From Dicyema japonicum (taxonomy: Eukaryota > Animalia > Dicyemida), in assembly GCA_011109175.1 (NCBI GenBank), contig RDEW01000035.1:572902-636901 (forward strand): 64,000 bases of DNA, given 5' to 3'. The translations under genes and the position numbers were made by a program. A model generated the notes under the pieces. It made no database searches, was not told the origin of the DNA, and saw nothing but the letters and a program-made list of their open reading frames with translations. Position 1 is the first letter of the stretch. Each line of letters starts with the position of its first letter. This document shows positions 37,300 through 51,040 of this stretch, one piece after another.

Positions 37300-38655
37300 C
37301 TCTTTCTATCCTCTAACACACCAAGTATCTATACCCACCCATTCCATCGAGCAAGTTAGCTTCTGATCCCTGGGTGAGCACATTAATAGCAGATTTTTCG
37401 ACATTTCTTTCACGTCCAAAAAAATAACCTCCTTCATCATAATCGTTGTGTTTTCTTCTCGAGAGAATATTTCTCCTTTTTGCTATCAACAATATATTGG
37501 TAAGTTAAAAAGCGAAGGAGGACACAGATATCTGGTATGGAGCAGAAATCGAATGCTGAGCAGGTGCTTTGATGACATAAAATTCAATAACCAAAGAATT
37601 ATTAAAATTAAACTTTAAGCCCCGGTTATTTTTAAAATCAATAACATAATCTAACCAGACAACAAATCATAATTTTATTGAAATAATGGTAGTTACTTTC
37701 CCTGATATCATACAATCCTCTCCTATAATTTAAAAAAAGATACATTTATCGGAAATTACTACAAAGTGACAACGGCAAGCCAATTACTCACGCTTGTTGG
37801 CAAATTAAACAAAGCTGGAATTATATAAGACAGAATCATTCTCGTAAGTAAATAATTATGACTAAAATCCTGAGTTACAAATCGATTGCAACGTGATCAT
37901 AAATAGCCCGTAATTGAAATTCTGCAATAAAATAAAGTTAGATTCCATTTTATTCAAATAAGAAAATATTTTAGTAAATCAAGGAGAATATCGGTCGAAT
38001 CGTGAATAATCAGAGGTGTCAAACCAATTATGTTAAGCCTACCATTCAATTGATAAATGTCGTATGTCATAGCGTCCGGGTTGATAAGACCATCGCTTGA
38101 AATCATTAACAACCTAAAAGTTATGTTTCGAGAGATAAAAATATAAAAAGGAAAAATTTTAAAAATATAAAAAAGAAAAAAAAAGAGCGTCAATGCCTCT
38201 AGAATCCATGATACGCGTGAACCGTGGAAAGCTCCGTCGTGAATACGAAGATCCAGTCATTCGGCCGATACGTGCTTGTGTGTGGTGGAGGAGCATCGAG
38301 CCAAGGTGAGGTCTCTGCCGAACGTGCTGAGATCACGTGATTAGTTATGGCTTCTACATTCAGTATTATTACACACAATGAATAAAGAACATTATATATC
38401 ATCTTGAATACAAACAGTATCCTGATGGATTCAATGAAAATCAAATTCGGACATTACGTTCAAGTTAACATAATTTCTTCATAATCAAAAGCACCATAGT
38501 GAATTGATGAATCAAAGGTTTATATAATAAAGGTTTGATAAATCTTGGACTTTCAATAATGAAGAAATATTAATATTAACAATAAAAGTAAGGCATGCCC
38601 ACAAGAATGGCAATTACAACGTGTATGACAAACTTTATTAATTACGGTTAACCAT
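37300..38655 (-). pseudogene. Possible decayed membrane-transporter (MFS-like) gene fragment
   Basis: YFFIIESPRFI, similar to the MFS PESPRW motif, followed by in-frame stops and hydrophobic stretches; no clean model obtained. Confidence 0.25.
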
Positions 38656-38714
38656 ATTAAAAAAATTTTTTTAATTTTTTATTACTTATCAACTTTCTCT
38701 GCCTTTCGCGTTCT

Positions 38715-39330
38715 CTCAGAAAGGTCTGGACGATTTTATATACCGGAATTCTTTCGAAGATTTGTTAGTGTCATCTAGCCAACTTCGCCGTGCCTGTTTG
38801 TTGTCGGAGGCGTCATCCGAGAGCGGTGCCTGGCTCAAAGCCATTCCCAGTGGAGTTTTGGGTACTTTTCTGGATGATGAATGGGTCAGTATTGGGATCT
38901 CATTACGACTGGGATTAAAAATCTGTGTTCCATATCCGTGCCGATGTGGAGACTAGATCTATTGTTTTGCCCTACACCCTTTCTCACGCAGGAAGAGTGC
39001 AGGCCGATTTCCCAGACAAATGGCCTTGAACGAAGTCTTTAGGCGAGTTTTGGACAACACTCCATGTTCGAACAAGTCGGTCTTTGCAGGCGTGACGGGA
39101 AAGCACCAGATGGGATGACAATCTTCCCCTTTGAAGCCGGGAGATTTCTTGTCTTGGACATCACCTTCACCGACACGTTTGCACCTACTCCAGAATGCCT
39201 CTGGGACCTGTTCCGCCGCTGAGAAGGCCGAGAGGTTGAAGCGGTAAAAGTACGTGGTCCTGCCCAAGGATTTTATGTTTATTCCGATCGCAGTTGAGAC
39301 GTTTGGTTCCCTTCTGGTTACAGCCTAATG
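38715..39330 (+). mobile_element. CRE-like non-LTR element C-terminal fragment
   Basis: ESGAWLKAIPS..LGTFLDD..ISLRLGL..PCRCG, GKAPDGMT and FIPIAVETFG. Confidence 0.8.
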
Positions 39331-39381
39331 ATTTTCACTAATAGAAAAAAGTCAAAAAAAACAATTTAATAGAAAAAGTCA

Positions 39382-42300
39382 CTATTTGAAATACTCCTTC
39401 AGTTCATACAAACACTCTACGGGCTCGGCTCCCTACAACATCATCAGCCATACTACCGTCTCGGACTCGTTAATATATTCCTTCATCCCTCTATTAGGCA
39501 CCACGTGGGCTATGATTCGAGATCTCTCGGGGACATTTTCCCCATATCCAATGAAGGTATCAAAAAAACAGAGCACGTGCCTAATCTCCAAAAGGTCCAC
39601 CTCTGCCACCAACTTGCTTCCTAAATAAACAGCAACGTCAAACTTTTATTAAACTCAAAGGTCTCATTCAAAATAGGTTTAAACAGTCTATTCGCATGTT
39701 CATAAGCAGTATGGGGCTTTTGTAGCCAAATGGACCTGTACGAGTCCACCACGTTGGCAAACTCATCACTGGAAAAGCCCGCTAAATAATCCTAAAATGA
39801 CGTTTTTAGCAAACTCTAAAGTGATGCAGAGCCTCCTCGATCTGCCCTTCCACATATTTGACATTGTAGGATGACTCGATAAAAATCTTAACAGCGCGGA
39901 AGCAACGTGACAAAGAGACTTCAAAAGAAATCGAATAACCTATGTTTTCTCATCAATCAACCCAAATGTCGCTTTGTCCGCAGAAAATCTGAACACTCAT
40001 CAGCCAAAATCAGATCCAACAGGCCCAGAATGCATTCAACTCGCAAGCAATTGCAAAAGAGCTTCTGATCGTGACTCAAATCCAGACTGGCAGTTTCTGG
40101 GACGAAGAATGTGTGCGAAATTCCATTGCCCGTATGTTCTTTTGTGACAGAAAGAAACACACGTGACAACCCTAAGATTAAAAAGTCAGTCTAACCTTTC
40201 GGTGGATAAAATTTCAATATTTTACCACGTGACGGCAAATTTTCCACAGGAAAATGTTCCTGAAATCTAAAAAACAGTTGGGAAGCCATCTAGACACGTC
40301 AATACAATTCAAACATCCGTGGAAACGGGACCACAGACGAATCCATCCACAAATACGTTATTCAGGGTCTCGTCCCTGAAGTTCATCAGAGATGTCATGG
40401 TAACGCCTAGTCCTCTAGCCACCACTTACTTTTTCTAACAGCAAGCAAATCATCCGGGAGAAAACAGAATTCAGTGTGAGCCAGGGAGGAGAAAAAGCAT
40501 ACTTGTTCAAAAGGACTCGCAATGTTCATATCCTCGATTTTTTGGAAGTACTACAATAAGCCCACACAAACATCATATTTTATGGCGTCGAACCTATTTT
40601 TGGTTGGTCTGAAATGTTTAATGTTGTGGGCCACGATTTGAACAACATCACTGATTTTGTGATAAAATCCATAGAAAATAATCAAAATCAAATCAAGGCA
40701 AACTTTAATCGACCGGTTTAGCATCTTTACGTTCACAGAGATGCCAGCCAGGTAGGCCAAAGTCAAAGTGTATTCCAAATGGTCGTTAAAGGCGTTTATC
40801 AGAATTTGAGACAGGCAGTAACTGAGAGGATCATTTTTGAAATTTTCACTACTTTGAAGGAAATCAATACCTGAAGAGGCGAAACCCCAAAAAAACCTTA
40901 GGGAACTTTAAATAGTAGTCGAATTTATACCAAAAGCAATAATTTGGAGAGGCCTTAACAAATTAAAGGACTAGATACCATCAATTTAACAGGAATGGGT
41001 GAATTCTCTTTCTAGAATTTTTGACACCAATAACCTCATTTTGGCGGGAAAAATCATCCAAATCAATTAGACTGGTAATATCATCGATATTTTGCAGCAT
41101 GTAGGGGTTCGCTTCGGGGTATTCGAAGGTTTCATCATAAACAGAGGACGTCCACATCTGAGAATATAACCAAAGAGAACCTCAATCTGTGCCTCACTAA
41201 GGGGTTTTACGCAGAATTTGGCACCTGTGTGCGGTTCAGTCCGATCTGTCTCATAAGGTAGTTTTTTAGCCATGAACATCAGTCTAAACTCACTAGAATC
41301 ACTACAAGGCATTCTCCAAAGTAAAATGCTGGAGCACGTGGTTCACAAGGGCGGGGTTATAGATATCAGGGAGAAAGAAGATGTCCTTAATTGATAAAAA
41401 CTGCAGAGAGGCCGAGGTTTCTTTTGACTGAGAGACTGGAGGCAGACTCTCGCTGTAGTGGAACTGAATGGCAAAGTAAGTCTACAATAAATAAGAAAGG
41501 GACAGTGAAATCGTCAAAGACCGACTTAGGGCAGCCCTCATCCCTCACCATTTTAATGTAAGCAAAGAACATTAGGACAATTTCGTTGATATAGTCTATA
41601 ATAAGTGGAGAAATACCAATGTTGTAGGTCTCCAATTCAAAATCACAAACAAACAAGTTGAATCCTTTAGCCAAACGATAACAATCAAAATCGGCATCCA
41701 CGATCAGTCCTAAAATATAAATATTAGTAAAAATTAATATTCAAAAAATAATAATTTAATAAAATATAATTTACAAATAAAATAATAGATAATAATTTTT
41801 TATTTAATTTAAATCAAAAACACAAAAATAAATTAGAAATTATTCCCGCCGACATAATCGACGTTGCGTTGCCTCTCAAATAATAAATAAACCTCGTTCT
41901 TGGAGTAAATGTATTAGTCCTTGTGGTTGCTTATTTTTCAACAAGTATTCGACGAACCTCAGCGACTTTAAATAAGTGACATAATAAACAATAGATTTAT
42001 CATAGTCATTCATGTCAGGGACAAAAAACTTAATAATGAGCTTGTTGACTTCCCCCAAACTCTCAATGAAAATCATGCACTACAAAATAAATTCACCAGT
42101 ACATTTTTTGTTTTCAGCATCGGTATCTCCCAAGTTTTTATTTGCATTTCTTTATTCTCGATTTTCGAGAAAATTGCCGAAATTTCCCGTTCCATCAAGC
42201 AGACATCATCTTTTATAATTAAACAAGGCTACGGCTAGAGATCACAGTCATGGTCATCAAGTTACTGCTAAAAAGACTAAAATATCTCTTCAGGGCCTCC

Positions 42301-43010
42301 CGAATGTCCGTCCCACAATCGCGTGGATTTTCAAGCAGCGATTTTAGGTTACCTAAATATCATTAAGTCCTACCAAATGAGAATAAGCTCATTGGATGAC
42401 CTTCCTTCAAAAACATGCGGGCAACCTCCATACATCGGAAGAGGTCGTTCTCGCTGTTGCCCACAAACTCGGACTCTACGGCCTCAATCTCCCTCAAAAT
42501 GCTGTCAGGGCAAAATATAGGCGATATGAAAAACTCAGCAAATCTTAACTCAGTCATTAAAAAACATCTCCATCGCTTGGAACAACTTCCCTGTCTTGAC
42601 AGTGAAGTAGAATGATGTCCAGTCACAGGTTGTGGAAGCGTTGGTGAATCCCCCGTTGTTCTGAATGAACTAGAAGGTTATTTATGTTGCGGGAAAACTT
42701 TTCCGTATTCGTTTTCCTCCGGAAACTAGGATGTTAAAATTGTCAGACCTTCTGGGAACCCATAAAAAGCATATGCTCGCAAAAGTGGGCAAGTCCTGGT
42801 ATGTCACGTGGTTCGTAGAATGATCCTATGATTAATGATAAGGTTACCAATTCCCACGGTAAGGTTAGTGGCCGCGATTTTAACGTTGGGATCGTTAATG
42901 AGTAGGATTTTCATGCCATTATGTAGTTCAATGCCGCGATAAGTGCGTTTGCTGGAGTAAGGCACCAGAAATTCGTCGTGGAATACCCTTTGCTTGATTT
43001 CCGCACACAT
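39382..43010 (-). CDS. IDE: Insulin-degrading enzyme-like M16A metallopeptidase, many micro-introns
   Basis: [33 protein letters not shown] (inverted zinc motif HxxEH), [10 protein letters not shown] and TEPHTGAK; ends ..ELKEYFK* at 39382. The true start may lie upstream. Confidence 0.85.
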
Positions 43011-43099
43011 TGCACGTTTGTCGCTGTCAGTGAGTCTTAAATAATTTATTACGTAATTTTTGTTGCGTGTTTTATTATGTAATTATTATATAACCTGAA

Positions 43100-44190
43100 A
43101 AAGGAAACACCAAGGAGTTAAACCATCCAATTAAGTGATCCCTGGTAGACCGCAAAAGGATCGAGAGGTTTTTGTGAATTCACGACGTTCTTCCTTCATT
43201 AAGGGAGGTGAGGATTTTTTTTAATTACGTGTTGATAGAAATGATCGGATTTGGAGCCACAGAGAGTGATAAAAACGGACTCATTGTTCCGAATTGTCAC
43301 GTGGTCAGGTAGTGGTTGGAATAGTCGGGAAGAGAAATTAGATAAGCTAACTTTTTTGCTCTTAGAGAATTTATCGTGTAGTAGTTCGAAATTGAAATTA
43401 CATATGCCCAGGAGGCATACTCAAAATGATCTTTATAATCTTCGTTCTCTTTAACGTTTTCCACGTGTTTGGTGAAAGAGAGTCTTTGGTCAAACATGAC
43501 TTACAAATGTTTGGCTTTGTATTGAATGGAATAATAGTGTTATTGTGGAGAAGTCTTTTTTGCTGATTGATGGTCGGTTTCCGGTCCCAGAGATCACCAA
43601 GTCGAAACCTCTGATATACGATGACGAGTATTACTCTCAAGATCGAGTCTGATCTCTGAGAAGAGACTAAATGTATTTACGAAGAGATAATAGACTGGTG
43701 GGGTCTTTAAAGTTGTCAGAAGAAAAATCTAACACAAAGTTTTTGGGTCGCAATGAAAAAGGACATCAGCAAAGCTCCGTGGAATAAATACTGTGAAATC
43801 CCTGAAGTTTATGAGAACAGCTTTCAAAAAGGCTTTGAGTATGTCGCTCCTCTATGAACTTGGGGTAGTGGTAATCACTCCATCAAGGAGAGTGTTATCG
43901 TGCCTTTTGAAAAGCCGAGGAGAGCAGGGATCAATATTTCTCTACACACAAGAGACTTAGATGAGGATGAAGATCTACTATTAGTGTCGATCAGATAAGT
44001 AACATAGAAAAGGATGGTAAACCTTCTGAAAATAGATTCAATCGTTGACTCATCGCAACGCGAAATGAACCATAAGAGGGATTCGAGGTCACAGCAGGAG
44101 AGTCCAAGGTATGGCAGATGTTGAACTCAGTTTGCAAGAAGACTAAAAAATACTCACTTAAGTAATGAAGTTCGTTATGCCTGAATAAGA
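43100..44190 (-). mobile_element. Degenerate LINE fragments (Jockey/I-like and CR1-like)
   Basis: FDQRLSFTKHVENVK..FEYASWAY; DILKAF and ADVLF-type decayed RT motifs. Confidence 0.6.
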
Positions 44191-44519
44191 GTCACTCCTT
44201 ATTTTATAGTCTCACTAATATTCTGAAAAAGTCCTCGTTTTAGCTTCTTTATTTCTACTATTTTTAAATTGAATGGGTATTTTGATCTTCGACTTCCGTT
44301 GTGGTTACCACACAGATTTACGACCGTGTTTGAACAGAGTCGGACAATAGCCTTTACCACTTTTCCTTTTCTCCCTTCTAGATGGCCAGAAGACAGACCA
44401 CCCCTTCTCTTGGCCGGGTACACCTACGAGTTTTGCGTCACTGGTAGAGTCTACTCTTGGTTGTCACTTACATGTTTGCCGCAGGTTTCCTTAACTTGAA
44501 AAGACGGGGAGTAAATAAA

Positions 44520-45130
44520 TAAATTGATCTTCGAATAAGGGAAGGTGGTAATATAATTTGAGAATTCTGGGAACGTGTACCATGAGCTAACCGTCATGTT
44601 GACACAAACTTGGCTAACATGCAGTAAGCTGGAGACTATCAGGAAACTCTCCCCAAAAGGTTGCTTTCAAATATTTATTAATCCAACGAAGGAACTCAAG
44701 AGAGAACGTCTGCTTGTGTCGACCAAATTCATCCTCCAATTGTCCATTACAGACATCCGAAAAAATAGTCCGCCTTTTTCCATTTTGTCTTACCGTCACG
44801 GACATCGTTTCATTTTTAGGGAAGAGTTTGGTTATTCTCACCAGTGGAGTTGGTCGAGGATTAATTACACCTTGATTTCTTCCACCAAATGTCAGACCTC
44901 TTTACTTTAGCATTTTATAATTAGTTTAAAATCTTAAATTTCTTACACACACGCTCAGTTTAAGTCCATTTTTACCTTTTCGTGAAAATTCATATTACTC
45001 TTATGTATTAGGAAAACAGAATGTCTTTAATGTGATTAAATTTATAGAAATTTTCCTACCCTTTCAAAGAAACCCTTCAATCGAAAAAGTTCTCACCATT
45101 TACTTTGCAATAGCTTAAACAGTTTGGCAT
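44520..45130 (-). other. Possible small micro-intron-containing gene, divergent from GTF2F1
   Basis: Several GT..AG 22-40-nt candidate introns and an open segment at 44614-44841; no consistent frame or homology found. Confidence 0.25.
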
Positions 45131-45192
45131 GGATGTGGACAGTTAATTACTTTTTATTTATTAAATAAATAATAAAAAATAATAATATTTAA

Positions 45193-46640
45193 ATGGACGG
45201 CTTTGTGCATGAATATACGGTTCGCGTTCCAAAGTAAATTTACACTTATTATTCAGAATAAATACCAAGCGTTTCCACGTGCTTAGTTTTGGGACTTCTG
45301 GGAAGGTAGATGTCTCCAAGAGCTCAAAGGTCAGTTCATTGACCCACACCAGATATCAATGCAGAGAGAGAATAACCTGAGGGATTACAAGCTTGCCAAC
45401 GACATCGATGTCACTCCCAAATTCGGGGCAGGGAGTGAGTATGGAAAGGATCTCCGGGACGAACTAAAACGGAAAAAGTATGGAATCAATCTGGAGAACT
45501 ACTCGGTGGACGACCAACCGTGGATATACAAGCAAGGGATAGGGAAGGACACCAAAAAGTAAGATCCCTTCTAATGGAAGGTACAAGGGAGTCAAAGAGG
45601 GTCAGATCAACATGAACGCGGAATACTACGTCTTTATGCAGAACAGAGATGGGGTATTCGACGCCTTCCCGATTGATTCTACAAGATGTACCCCACAGGG
45701 AGTACAAGCATCTTTCCATAGAAGAGGCCGAAACTGAGTTCAAAAAGTACTGCTATTTATTTAACTCAGGGCCGACAAGTACGTGGATCACTACCAGTAC
45801 ATGATATCTCGGAGAATGAAGAAGGAGGATGATGAAGAGGCTGTGAAGACGGTATGAAGTGTGCTTATTGCTACAGGAGGTTAAGCCCACGGTCCCCAAG
45901 CAGAAGGAGGACCCTGAAGGTCGAGTTTTTTTTTGTGATTTCAGAGGTTCTGAGGCGGAAGAGGAGGAATGTGAAGTTCAATGAAGACAATGAAGCTCTG
46001 GATGAGTCTGATAGTGACAGCAATGCGGAACTGAAGGGGGAGGATCAAAGCAGTGAGTCTGAATTGGAGGAAGGGAGGAGAGCCATGGGGAAATACGCAG
46101 AGCAGGGAGTCATGGAGGAGATCGGGGATTCGGGGACCGACTCTGAGAAAGAACTGACAGAGAATCATGATAAGAAAGGAGATAAGAAAAAAGAAGAGGA
46201 CGTGAAGAAAGGACAGATCTCTGGTAACACGTGTCAAAAATTTAGATTCTGGTTCGAGTTTTTACAGTGAAGAAAATTCTGGAGAGAGCGACTCTTCAGT
46301 TCCCCAAGATAACGACTTTGAAGAGTTTCAGCAGGGAAAGAGGAAGCCTGTGATGGAGGACGAGCCTGCGGCGAAGAGGACTGAGGCACCGGGAAGGTCT
46401 CAAAGTATGAGCACGTGTCATTTCAGTGAGAGACTGTCTGCGAGTGCAGTTGAGCGATGTTTGAGGAACCGACCATATAGATTTAAGCACCTGTTGGGTA
46501 CTTTATGAGGACAAACACCTGAATACTCCGAGAAGGATATGACTAGTGAACTGTTTTCTATATTGGGGGGATTGGACGTGCGTACTATTAAAATAGGGAA
46601 ATATCAGCATATGTATATTGATGATAAGAAAAAGATTTGA
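45193..46640 (+). CDS. GTF2F1: General transcription factor IIF subunit 1 (RAP74)
   Basis: MDGFVHEYTVRVPK, intron 45234-45256, then INTKRFHVLSF; PKFGAGSEYGKDLRDELKRKKYGI..DDQPW, YKGVKEG..NAEYYVF, LSIEEAETEF; acidic linker and C-terminal domain. Confidence 0.93.
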
Positions 46641-47046
46641 TTTTTTGTTTTATTGTTTGCTTTATTATTAGTCGCGTGTTATATTTTTATAGGTAAATGT
46701 TTTTGTTCTATTACTGTAGTGTAGATTTGCTCATGTTATATTGAGTGGTGAATTATGGTTATTGAGGTTTAGGTGGCTGTTGACGAAATGTCTAATTTGT
46801 CTCTGGATGTATGAAAGCCCTTGTTTTACTTCTTCATGGATATGTAATGCACTCAGAAGACATCAAATACCTGAAGCTTTGAACTACTTTCACGGTTGTC
46901 GTAAAAAGTCCAAACATCCCTCTCAGAACAATTACTAGATTTCTCAGATTTCTACTGATCATCTACACTGAGAATCAAAGATCTTCCAATAGGATACCAT
47001 TGGAGATGAAAGCTCTGTAGTTCCTTTCCCAAGCAACAGTCTAGAC

Positions 47047-47973
47047 CAGTGGTTCCCAACGTAGTCCAGGTGGATCACTGGTCCACAGAGAGATTTCACA
47101 AAAATTTAACTAACCAACTTTTTTTTAAAGCTCTTTATTTAAAAAATCAAGGATAAAACAAAATTGACAACATTCAATTAACTAGTGACTACCTTGATCT
47201 TGGTGTTTATGAAACAAGATATAAAGTCAATTTTGATGCAAGCATTCAATCTTATTGTTCCCTGCTGTTGATGTCCAATGTGTTCCGTTTTTTACTAAAA
47301 ACATACAAAACAGCTAAAAATCCAGATTCAACCATCCATGTGGTAGGGAAAGAAATTATGCTTGTTTCTACATCAGTGTTTCCCAACCTGGGTTCCCTGA
47401 ACTTCAAAATGTTTTTTATTCTTTTTTCAAAAAAATGATTTTTCAAAACGAATTAATTTAATTTGCGCGTGTCTAAATGGAGTCTTGTGACAGTGCATAT
47501 TTTAAAGTTCGATCATATCGATAAAGTTATATTGCCCCTAGTTTCACCGCATAGGCAGGACACCACACTTTATTTAAGTAAGAACAGTTAATTTTAACTA
47601 ATCGTAGAACCAAGGAATGATCTTCACTTCTTTTTTTCTTTTCTTGTGTGAGTGTCCTTCTAGACAATCCAGTTCCGCAGTGAGTACTCACTGATGACGG
47701 CGTCACTCGTCAAACCATTTCTGCATCGTAGATGCGTGGAACCTTCCACCAGTGAACAGCAGCAAGATTCGAACCCGTAGCCTAAGCAACTTAAGCCGAC
47801 ACCTAACCACAATACAAAATATTACAGAGCTATGCAAGAGACATCAGCCTCAACCATCTCACTAACTAGCATTTTATTTTGATATATTAGTAAAATACTG
47901 ATAATTGTTTAAAAAAAACTATATAAGCGTTCAGTATAGGGTTCCATGCTTTCATAAAGGTTGTGAACCACTG
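47047..47973. mobile_element. Nested non-autonomous hAT remnants
   Basis: TIR-like CAGTGGTTCCCAAC (47047), CAGTGTTTCCCAAC (47374) and GTTGTGAACCACTG (47973); dimerisation remnant FPTTWMVESGF on the minus strand. Confidence 0.7.
47540..47812 (-). mobile_element. tRNA-derived SINE family C
   Basis: Head with a perfect B-box GGTTCGAATC on the minus strand; body nearly identical to 26200-26380. Confidence 0.82.
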
Positions 47974-48329
47974 ATATAGAGACTTGAAAATATGAGCTGA
48001 TCGGGCAAACATAAGAAAAAATTCTTGCACAGAATCGGATTTAGTTGAAACCTAAAACAAAGAATCCATCTTCCAAGAATAAGCTTGGAAGAGGATTTGC
48101 ATCTATTACACAAAAAGTAAACGAATGCGTTTTAGAATTCTTCCGAGACCTTGAAAAGAAGTCGAATTATTGTTTGAGGAAAATAAGATTATACGGGTCA
48201 TAAAATCAAAGAAAACATATTGGCCACAATTGTAGAATCCTGAATCTAAACTATAAAGAACCCGCTGTTATGCATCCGACTTACTAAAAAAGCTCCAGGA
48301 GAAATCTTTTAATTGTAAAAATACGGAAG

Positions 48330-51040
48330 AAGCAATTGCATATGTGTCCTACAAGTCAAACTAAATGAACTATGCCCGTCCAAGAGTCTACTAACCGTCA
48401 TAAATGTCTATGCACCACACTGTGGACGAGTAATCAAGAACCACGGTGAACTCGAGGAATTCTACTCAGAACTATCAAGCACATACTCTAACAATGCTTC
48501 CTCGTCTCTTATCTTTGTTGCGGGAGATATGAATGCAAAGGCCGGAATGCGAATGGGGCCCGAAGAATCCTCTATTGGAAGACACGGGCGCGGAAGGAGA
48601 AATGCATCTGGAGCCTCTCTGGTAAACTTCTGCGAGGCGAATAGCCTTTTCCTGTGCAACACGGCCTTTACGCACTCAGCTTGCCACAAGACGACGTGGC
48701 ACGGACAAAGAAAAAACTCTGTCGGAGAGACCGTGAATATATATAATCAAATCGACTACATTATCTGCCGAAAGTCTGATAAACACCTGATAAATGATGC
48801 ACGTTCCTACCAGGGAACAACAACCGACAGCGACCACAGGATCGTCATTGCAAAACTTTGTGTAAAAAAGCACCTGACTGGGAAAAAATACATTGAAAAC
48901 GCGAAGAAGGCGAGACAAAGACCCAATATATACTTTCAGACAGAAAAATTGTGGTTAGAGCCAACTTGTAGAGCTAAATATCACGAACAAATCGAGACTC
49001 TTATGGTGAAAACCGCACCGGAATCATCAGTACGAACTCTGTGGGATCAAACAAAACAGGCAATCTCCAAGTCGGCCAAAATATGCCTTGGAGTCCGAAA
49101 TCATCACGCCCTAAAATTGGATCACCACCCGAACGTGCCAAATATGGCAAAGCATTGCAGAGAGCTACGACTAAAAGCGGCAAACACGTCAGACGAGAGT
49201 AAAAAAAAGAGCTTAATATCCAACAAAGGGAACTAAAGTGGAAAATCAAAAAGATGAACAGAAAACACTCACGGGAAATTATTACATCTCTATTAAAAGA
49301 TGTGGAATGCCTAAAAGACAATTCAAGGATGTATGCGGCTGCTGCGGACAAAGAAAGGACAAAACATCCTTCACATCAAAGACAAAGATGGAAAATTCGT
49401 GGGTAACCCGAAAGAAAAAGCAGAATTGATTGCACGACACTTCGAAACACTGTTGAATAAAGAAAATAATGACTTTCCCCCTTTCCAAGGAGAAGCAAAG
49501 GCGCTAAAAATCCCAATCACAGTGGAAGAGGTGGAATTAGCGATAAATAAACTGAAGAACAACAAGAGTGCTGGGCCGGACAACATAAGCCCTGAGCTCC
49601 TAAAATATGGGCCAAAAAAACTTAGCGACACAATTGCAAAAACCCTAAATGACGTCTTTGAAACTAATACCGATCTAGGACTTGGAAATGGATTATTAAT
49701 ACCCATACAAAAACCGAACAAATCAAAAGGACCAGTAGAAAATCTCCGCCCGATAATACTTCTGAATTCGATACGCAAGGTGCTGGCAAACATTGCACTA
49801 AGCCGGATAAAGGGTGTGGCGATCTATACCTACCAGCAAGTCAAAGTGGGTTCCGAGAAGAGGTCTACGGCAGACATTGTATGGAGCCACAGATGGCGCT
49901 GCGCAACGCACCAAAGATTCAAGAGCGCAACAACCGTGTTGGGAATAGATCTCTCCAGAGCTTTCGACTCAATAAACAGACAGAAACTGATGAATGTGCT
50001 TGAGCAAATATTGGATGAATCGTCGGTTAGGATAATCAGACTACTACTTGCGAACACAAGACTATCTGTGAGGACAGAAGGAGCAACTTCCCGCAGTTTC
50101 AAAACAACGATTGGGACACCCCAGGGTGATTCCCTCTCCCCTTTACTATTCACCATATACCTTGAATCTGCACTCCGCGACCTCCGTAAATGCTATATAG
50201 GAGACATAGAAGAGACATCTTATGCGGATGATGTGGATTTTGTATCACGGGATGTGACCGCACTCCAACACCTGCTAGAAAATGCACCTGCGGAGCTTGA
50301 GAAATGGTTTCTCAGCGTAAATGTTAACAAAACTGAAATTACGGAAATCAAAAGAGAAGACGATATTACTCATGAAAGATGGAGACGTACTAATAAGCTC
50401 GGCTCTCTACTAGGAGACGCTGAAGATGTACTAAGGAGGAAAACACTGGCAAATGCGGCAATGGCTAAACTGAAGAAAGGATGGCTAAGGGCCAAAGGAC
50501 TTGGAATTGACATCAGATGCAGGCTTTACAACGCGTTTGTGAAACCGATCCTACTGTATAACGCTGGGACATGGGGAAGTTCCTTCAACGAACTATTGAA
50601 ACTGGATTCGTTCCATAGAAGGCAACTAAGAAGCTTACTCGGAATGGAGTGGCCACGTAGAATATCAACCACTGGTATCTACAACAAGTGTATGTGTTCT
50701 TACATCAGCAAGGATGTGATAGATGCCCGGTGGAGGCTATTTGGGCATGTACTAAGAATGAACCCGGACGCACCCGCTAACAAAGCGATGGAAGATTACT
50801 TTGACAGATGCGAAAAACCCTTCCGCGGACGACCTAGATCGACACTTCCGACAGCCCTAAACAAAGACTTAAATCGTGTGAGAAAAAATTTAAAGACGGG
50901 AGACGACCTGGACGAATTGAGATCACTCGCATTCGACAGAGGAAAATGGAAAAGACTAACTATAAATATTGTTTCTTTGAGTGTTGCACATGCGGGGCTA
51001 TAATCATTATGGCTTTCGTGAAAGTGCTTTAATAATAATA
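48330..51040 (+). mobile_element. RTE-X-like LINE, near-intact APE plus RT ORF
   Basis: NVYAPH, AGDMNAK, NQIDYI and DSDH (APE); SAGPDNI, RPIILLN, DLSRAFDS, GTPQGDSLSP and YADD (RT); (TAA)n tail. Confidence 0.95.

Noticed and set aside
47039-47981. Single intact MITE with target-site duplication
   Set aside because: The 8-bp flanks differ (GTCTAGAC versus ATATAGAG) and three TIR-like ends are present.
49371-50156. Antisense and overlapping short ORFs from the track as independent genes
   Set aside because: They are shadows of LINE or host coding sequence with no recognisable motifs.
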